This document shows, piece by piece, positions 57,522-64,000 of a stretch of DNA of 64,000 bases. Under the pieces are notes generated by a model. The model worked only from the letters and a program-made list of their open reading frames with translations, did not search any database and had not been told where the DNA came from. Location of the stretch: NCBI GenBank assembly GCA_017517465.1, contig JAFWYZ010000018.1:13704-77703 (forward strand), given 5' to 3'. Numbering within the stretch: the stretch's first letter is position 1; each line of letters begins with the position of its first letter. The position numbers and the translations under genes were made by a program. Source of the stretch: Clostridia bacterium. GTDB taxonomy: Bacteria; Bacillota; Clostridia; Christensenellales; Aristaeellaceae.

Positions 57522-57550
57522 ATTATAAAGGAAATATCTTTTCCTGTCAA
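57522..57550 (-). promoter_or_regulatory. Consensus sigma-A promoter of the Tyr T-box operon
   Basis: On the minus strand: TTGACA, a 17-nt spacer, then TATAAT. Confidence 0.65.
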
Positions 57551-57572
57551 GGCAAAAATGGGAAGGAAAGGC

Positions 57573-57600
57573 TTGAAAAAATCTATTTTTTTGCTACACT
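57573..57600 (+). promoter_or_regulatory. Putative promoter of glpK
   Basis: TTGAAA, a 16-nt spacer, then TACACT, about 45 nt upstream of the glpK start. Confidence 0.4.
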
Positions 57601-57645
57601 GTATACAGAAGAAAATCTGTATCTGTACATAAGGAGGCAAAGCCT

Positions 57646-59147
<1,502 letters not shown>

Positions 59148-59151
<4 letters not shown>

Positions 59152-59561
59152 GCGAAAAAATCATTGAAGTGGTGGCCGCCCTGATCTGGAAAAACGGAAA
59201 GTTCTTCGCCTGTCAGCGGCCGGAGCACAAAGCCCGGGGCGGATTATGGGAGTTTGTGGGCGGCAAGGTGGAACAAGGAGAAAGCAAAGAAGCGGCCCTC
59301 ATCCGGGAATGCCGTGAAGAACTGGGGGTGCCCGTTGCGGTGGATGATGTATTCATGGACGTGACCCACCCCTACCCCGATATCACCGTGCACCTGACCC
59401 TTTTCAATGCCCGCTTTACAGGGGAAGCGCCGAAAATGCTGGAGCATCAGGCCTTTATGTGGGTGAAGCCGGAAGAAGCGGATGCCGCCATTTTCTGCCC
59501 GGCGGATGTGGAGATTTTATCGGAAATCAAAAGGAGGTTTGCAAACAATGAAGCTGAATGA
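59148..59561 (+). CDS. NUDIX hydrolase, MutT / (d)CTP pyrophosphatase-like
   Basis: 137 aa, Nudix box GLWEFVGGKVEQGESKEAALIRECREELG. Confidence 0.85.
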
Positions 59562-59970
59562 GAAAACCAATGCCCTGCTGGAAAGCCGCTTTGGCAAAGA
59601 CAGCCTGATGGCCCTGGCTACTTGCGTGAACAATATCCCTTCCGTCCGCACGGTGGATGCCTGCTACCGGGACGGTGCCTTTTATGTGATCACCTATGCC
59701 CTCTCCGGCAAGATGCAGCAAATCAGCCTCAACCCCTGTGTGGCCCTCAGCGGAGAATGGTTCACCGCTCAGGGAATGGCCGAAAATATGGGTTATGTGG
59801 GCAAACCTGAAAATGCCGGGACAGTGCAGTGGCTGAAGGAACAATTCGCTGCCTGGATCAATAACGGCCACACCGATTTTCAGGATGAAAACACGGTACT
59901 TTTGAAAATTCGGCTGACAAGCGGCGTTCTGTTTGCCGACGGAACACGCTATGAAATCGATTTTACCTGA
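59548..59970 (+). CDS. Pyridoxamine 5'-phosphate oxidase-like FMN-binding family protein
   Basis: Internal ATG at 59548 after an AAGGAGG RBS. It is 140 aa with split-barrel-like sequence (SVRTVDACYRDGAFYVITY). Confidence 0.6.
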   Translation: MKLNEKTNALLESRFGKDSLMALATCVNNIPSVRTVDACYRDGAFYVITYALSGKMQQISLNPCVALSGEWFTAQGMAENMGYVGKPENAGTVQWLKEQFAAWINNGHTDFQDENTVLLKIRLTSGVLFADGTRYEIDFT

Positions 59971-59982
59971 AGGAGATTCACT

Positions 59983-60717
59983 ATGATTCTTTTCCTCACC
60001 AGCCATATGGGCGGCAATCGCTTTCCCCCTCAGGATCCTCAGCCAAAGCCGGTGCTGCAGGAAAACCGGTTCACCGAAAACCTGAAAAAATTCTGGCCGG
60101 AAAGGGCAAAAGTGCTGCTCATTGCCTCCGACCCCTGCGAGCACACCATCCTCTCTTCCATTGCAGACGATTTTTCAAAAACCCTGCCCATGGCGGGGCT
60201 GCCGGTGGAATATGTTTTGCCTCTGGATGACCGGAACGAAGCGGCAGCGGATAACCTTTCCCAATATGATGTGATCATCCATGCCGGCGGCCATGTGCCC
60301 ACCCAGAATGCATTTTTTCAAAAGATCCGTCTGAAGGAAAAATACGAAGGCTGGCACGGCATTGTGATCGGCATCAGCGCCGGCACCATGAACTGCGCTT
60401 CCACCGTCTATGCCCATCCGGAGCTGGACGGCGAAGCTGTTGACCCGAATTACCGGCGCTTCATTCCCGGGCTGGGGCTGTGCGAGCATCAGATCCTCCC
60501 CCATTTCCAGTACATCCGCACTCTGACCCTGGATGGCATGCGGGCCATTGACGAAATTGCCGCTTCCGACAGCCGGGGCCGGTGTTTCCTCTGCCTCAAT
60601 GACGGCGCCTATGCCCTGCAAAAGGATGGAAAAACCACCGTGTACGGCGAAGCGTATCTGCTGAAAGACGGTGTGCTGACCCAAATCTGCAGGGATAACG
60701 AAAGTACGCTGCTGTAA
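59983..60717 (+). CDS. Peptidase S51 (peptidase E-like) / type 1 glutamine amidotransferase-like protein
   Basis: 244 aa, with the GISAGTMN nucleophile-elbow-like motif. Confidence 0.65.
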   Translation: MILFLTSHMGGNRFPPQDPQPKPVLQENRFTENLKKFWPERAKVLLIASDPCEHTILSSIADDFSKTLPMAGLPVEYVLPLDDRNEAAADNLSQYDVIIHAGGHVPTQNAFFQKIRLKEKYEGWHGIVIGISAGTMNCASTVYAHPELDGEAVDPNYRRFIPGLGLCEHQILPHFQYIRTLTLDGMRAIDEIAASDSRGRCFLCLNDGAYALQKDGKTTVYGEAYLLKDGVLTQICRDNESTLL

Positions 60718-60729
60718 AGGAAGGTTCAA

Positions 60730-61080
60730 ATGAAAGTAGGCGAAATTTGTTTCCTGACAAACGATGTGCTGCAGCTGTCCGCTTTTTACAGCCGGCTGCT
60801 GGGCATTGAAAACCACAGCAGTGATCCTGTCCACCAGACCCTCATTTCCGAAGAAACCATGCTCACCATCTTCAACGACGGTTCCCTGAAAGAGAACAAC
60901 AACCGCAACATGTGCATTGCCTTTACCGTGGAAAACATGGATGAGGCATATCAGCAGGTGCTTTCCACGGGGGCGCAGGTTCTTCAGCCCCCTGCCCGAC
61001 AGCCCTGGGGCACCGTCAACATGTGCCTTCTGGATCCCGACAACAACCAGGTATACCTGCGCTGCTTTCCGAAGGAGTAA
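60730..61080 (+). CDS. VOC (glyoxalase/bleomycin-resistance) family protein
   Basis: 116 aa, of small VOC-like size and pattern (QPWGTVNMCLLDPDNNQVYL). Confidence 0.6.
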   Translation: MKVGEICFLTNDVLQLSAFYSRLLGIENHSSDPVHQTLISEETMLTIFNDGSLKENNNRNMCIAFTVENMDEAYQQVLSTGAQVLQPPARQPWGTVNMCLLDPDNNQVYLRCFPKE

Positions 61081-61086
61081 GAAAAA

Positions 61087-61620
61087 ATGAAGCTTCTTTT
61101 CACCATCGATAAAAAGAACTACAAAGAGGGGGGCACCACTTTTGTCCGGCCCTCCGTTCGCGGGATTATTCAGAAAAATGGCTTGATCGCCATGATACAC
61201 AGCCTGAAATATGGTTATTACAAGCTGCCCGGCGGCGGCATGGAAAAAGGGGAAACCTACGAGGAAACCCTCGTGCGTGAAGTGGCGGAGGAAAGCGGAT
61301 TGCAGGTGCTCCCTTCCTCCATCCGTCCCTTCGGCTATGTGAAGCGCATGGAAAAAGGCAGCATAGATGACATTTTCATTCAGGAAAATTTCTATTTTTT
61401 CTGCGACGCAAAGGAGGTTCTTTTGCCCCAGCGGCTGGATGCCTACGAAGCGCAGGAGCGCTTTACGCTCGCCTTTGTTGCGCCCGATCATGCCATTTTG
61501 GCCAACCGGCTGGCCATGGAAAAGGTGGCGGGTGAAAAGCCTTTGTATGTCACCATGCTGGAGAGAGAAAACAGAATTCTGCAAATGATCAAAAACAACG
61601 AGAAAGGAGATCACACATGA
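61087..61620 (+). CDS. NUDIX hydrolase
   Basis: 177 aa, Nudix box KLPGGGMEKGETYEETLVREVAEESG. Confidence 0.85.
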   Translation: MKLLFTIDKKNYKEGGTTFVRPSVRGIIQKNGLIAMIHSLKYGYYKLPGGGMEKGETYEETLVREVAEESGLQVLPSSIRPFGYVKRMEKGSIDDIFIQENFYFFCDAKEVLLPQRLDAYEAQERFTLAFVAPDHAILANRLAMEKVAGEKPLYVTMLERENRILQMIKNNEKGDHT

Positions 61621-61844
61621 AATGCCCTTATTGTGAGCAGGAAATGCGCCTTGGCACCCTCAGCGGTGACGGCCGGAAAATGCTTCATTGGAAAGAAGGC
61701 GGCAAAAAAGCTTCCTTCGGGGATTTGATTGCCGGTGTCGGCAAGGTCAGGGGGGTCAGATACAGCCTGGCTTCCTTTAAAATTGACGCATGGTATTGCA
61801 AAGGATGCCGGAAAATCATCATGGATGCCGAAGTGGATGAATAA
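61617..61844 (+). CDS. Small zinc-ribbon protein
   Basis: 75 aa, with CPYC...CKGC Cys pairs. It has an ATGA overlap with the upstream gene. Confidence 0.6.
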   Translation: MKCPYCEQEMRLGTLSGDGRKMLHWKEGGKKASFGDLIAGVGKVRGVRYSLASFKIDAWYCKGCRKIIMDAEVDE

Positions 61845-61877
61845 AAAAGCCTGAGGAAAATCCTCAGGCTTTCTGTT
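61843..61877. terminator. Bidirectional intrinsic terminator
   Basis: aaaaaagcctgagga-aaa-tcctcaggctttctgttt. Confidence 0.65.
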
Positions 61878-62425
61878 TACTTTTCTTCTTTCCGGGGTTT
61901 GAAGCCCACCAGGGCACCGCAGAACAGGTTTTTGCGGCAGCTGACGGCAGTGAAACCCGTTTCCTGCATCAGCCGCATCATTTCCCGGCGGGAAAGGCCG
62001 TTTTCGCTGAGCTGCATGTGGCTGGAGGCCATCACAAACTGCCCTCCCTGATGCAGCACCCGGTATGCCTCTTCGATGGCCCGGCGCGCCGCATCCCCCT
62101 TTACACAGGCGGGCAGCAGCACAATGTCAAAGCTGTCATCCCGCCAGGGAATATCATCCACCCGGCCGGAAATCACATCCGCATCGTCCAGCATTTCCCG
62201 CACAGCCCTTGCCTGCTCCGGCTGTTCACACAATCCGCACAGGGTGAGCCGCATTTTTTCATTCAGGCTGTTCAGAAGGGCCCCGTCGCCGCAGCACATA
62301 TCCAGTATCTTATCATGCTCTTCCAGCATCGCCCAGCTGGCACAGGCACGCATGGGGGCCGTCAATCTTTTCTTCATCCCCAGCGCAGCCTGATAGCTGT
62401 TCAGCGTGGTGGTCTTGGTCAGCAT
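61877..62425 (-). CDS. Class I SAM-dependent methyltransferase
   Basis: 182 aa, motif I ILDMCCGDGALL. Confidence 0.8.
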   Translation of the reverse strand: MLTKTTTLNSYQAALGMKKRLTAPMRACASWAMLEEHDKILDMCCGDGALLNSLNEKMRLTLCGLCEQPEQARAVREMLDDADVISGRVDDIPWRDDSFDIVLLPACVKGDAARRAIEEAYRVLHQGGQFVMASSHMQLSENGLSRREMMRLMQETGFTAVSCRKNLFCGALVGFKPRKEEK

Positions 62426-62677
62426 GGCATTTCCTCCCTGAAAAAGGGGGCAAAAACCCCTTGTTTTTCTCTCGCTTCATGATTATAACACAAAAGAGAA
62501 ATGAATGTAAACAGATTTTGTAATATTTTCTTAAAACTTTTTATCTTTTAGAAATTATTCAGGCATTCAACACATAAGAAAGCGCCCAAACCCCTATGGT
62601 TCAGGCGCCTTTTTCTTTAATTCGTTACAGTTTTGTTCCTGATGAACAGGATATTCCTTTTTGATATGAACGGTTTT

Positions 62678-63943
62678 TCACCCATTTCCTTCGCTGATGT
62701 AGATCACTTGACCGCTGACTGCATCAATCTCCACCACATATTTCGGGTTCAGCAAAACCTCTCCCTCATCACGCCATAATATTTCAAAAAATGAAACATT
62801 GTATTCCGCACCGTCAGCATCTGCAGGGGACCACGCAATGACGGGGTACAAATCCGTCACATCGGTTTGTCTGTCTTTCATTGCCTTGTATGCAATGGAC
62901 AAAGCCTTTTCTTCCTCCATCCAATCGGCACCGGGAGTTTTCCACTGGCCGATACCAAATTTGATCCTGTCCTGCATGGGCCACAGATCGTTATTTTGAA
63001 CACAGGCGCAGCAAGGTGTATACAAATGAAATACCTCGCTGTCAATTTCCAGTTTGGCAAGCGGCAGATGATTGGCAGATACCCGGGGGCAATCCTGCAG
63101 GAAATGATAGTTCTTTCCACCCGCCGGGTTATAATACACAGCATCCTGTGCTTCCAGGCGCATCCTTGCTGTGTTCTCCCATTCGTTTACGTTATTCGCC
63201 TGCGGTGTATTCTGCTTTTCTCGACGCAGCTTTTCATGCTCCGGTGTCCATACCCCCAGGCTTTCCGGGTCTTCCGTCACTTCGCCTTCTCTTGTCAGCA
63301 AAACACTGTATTTTGTTGACCATACGTTTTCATCCATGTACAGGTTAACCATCCAGCGGGGAATCGGATAGTCTTCGGTAACAAAAAAGGCAACATCTCC
63401 ATGCAAATGAGCCAGCGTTTCTTCAGAAAGGCCAAACACTTCAGCCACGGCCTGCTTTGCGATGTTTTCCGCCTGTTCCTGGGTCATATCTCCCTCTTCC
63501 GGCAAAAGATCAATCCAGAAATCATCCCCCAGCAAGCCTTTTTCCCGTTGCATCTTATAGAACCAATGACGCTGTTCCAAATTCCATGTTTGCGGTTCCC
63601 CCCACTCAACAGTTGCCATCGTATAATAATACAAATATTCCTTGTCTCCATAGTAACCGGTAAGAATCTCATCCGCCAGCGCATGTTTTTCCTGTTCATT
63701 CAGCTGGTTGCCCTGCAATGACTGCCATTCCTTTTCGTCAATTTCCAGACCATCTGCCTCCATGGAAGCAATCAGCCTCATTTTTGCCTCCAGCGTCCAC
63801 TGGTCGTAATATCCGTATTCCACGGCAAAATCCATCGATTGCTCAATGTGCCCCCACCCCATCATCGCTGCAAAGGCCACAGTAGCACTTAAAATCAAAA
63901 AAACAAGCAGAAATACCAAACCACCAGACAGTTTCTTTTTCAC
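62678..63943 (-). CDS. Membrane-anchored hypothetical protein with a PepSY-like C-terminal domain
   Basis: The track ORF runs to the window edge, but AAGGAGG followed by a GTG at 63943 gives VKKKLSGGLVFLLVFLILSATVAFA (signal/anchor). The C-terminus EVLLNPKYVVEIDAVSGQVIYI is PepSY-like. Confidence 0.65.
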   Translation of the reverse strand: MKKKLSGGLVFLLVFLILSATVAFAAMMGWGHIEQSMDFAVEYGYYDQWTLEAKMRLIASMEADGLEIDEKEWQSLQGNQLNEQEKHALADEILTGYYGDKEYLYYYTMATVEWGEPQTWNLEQRHWFYKMQREKGLLGDDFWIDLLPEEGDMTQEQAENIAKQAVAEVFGLSEETLAHLHGDVAFFVTEDYPIPRWMVNLYMDENVWSTKYSVLLTREGEVTEDPESLGVWTPEHEKLRREKQNTPQANNVNEWENTARMRLEAQDAVYYNPAGGKNYHFLQDCPRVSANHLPLAKLEIDSEVFHLYTPCCACVQNNDLWPMQDRIKFGIGQWKTPGADWMEEEKALSIAYKAMKDRQTDVTDLYPVIAWSPADADGAEYNVSFFEILWRDEGEVLLNPKYVVEIDAVSGQVIYISEGNG

Positions 63944-64000
63944 AATGAATCCTCCTTTTCCCTGCGTTTCGTGCGCCTTTCGGAGCACACGCTGCGCCAT

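Overview
High-GC (about 58-63% in hand-counted lines) chromosomal window with Clostridia-type gene content. The fused ispH-rpsA, the rimP-nusA-ylxR-ylxQ-infB order, T-box leaders and YitT/SpoVB-like genes suggest an Oscillospiraceae/Ruminococcaceae-like Firmicute; this is inference only. Left to right: (1) the rimP-nusA-ylxR-ylxQ-infB translation operon (minus strand, infB truncated by the window edge), followed by ispH-rpsA fusion and a PIG-L deacetylase. (2) A 13-kb housekeeping and cell-envelope block: GNAT, flavin reductase, BaiN-like flavoprotein, a 7xSH3b wall-binding protein, pdp, a Zn-ribbon/TM/14-repeat protein, an acyltransferase-3 and a flippase. This block is bracketed by two inverted copies of a structured, hairpin-rich intergenic mosaic. 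(3) A T-box-controlled short alaS. (4) A roughly 1.3-kb AT-rich single-gene island encoding a Cys-rich protein with a Vsr/DUF559-like nuclease C-terminus. (5) A MATE pump. (6) A roughly 16-kb pectin/galacturonan utilisation locus: kduD, kduI, two MalK-type ATPases, AraC, GH105, GH28, a giant SBP, two permeases and a CE8 pectinesterase. It contains four uncharacterised 4-TM proteins wrapped around one ATPase. (7) pyk, a GH42 beta-galactosidase, glnN (GS type III), PAP2, YitT, a cysteine desulfurase-like gene with DUF3343, and a LytM-like gene. (8) A Tyr T-box operon (aminotransferase-GNAT-tyrS-yigZ). (9) glpK and a run of small housecleaning enzymes. I found no rRNA, tRNA, CRISPR array, transposase or integrase. 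Many long ORFs in the track are antisense shadows typical of high-GC DNA. The most unusual items are the AT-rich orphan nuclease island, the paired structured intergenic mosaics (possible sRNA or REP-like family with compensatory stem changes), and the four small membrane proteins around the ATPase.
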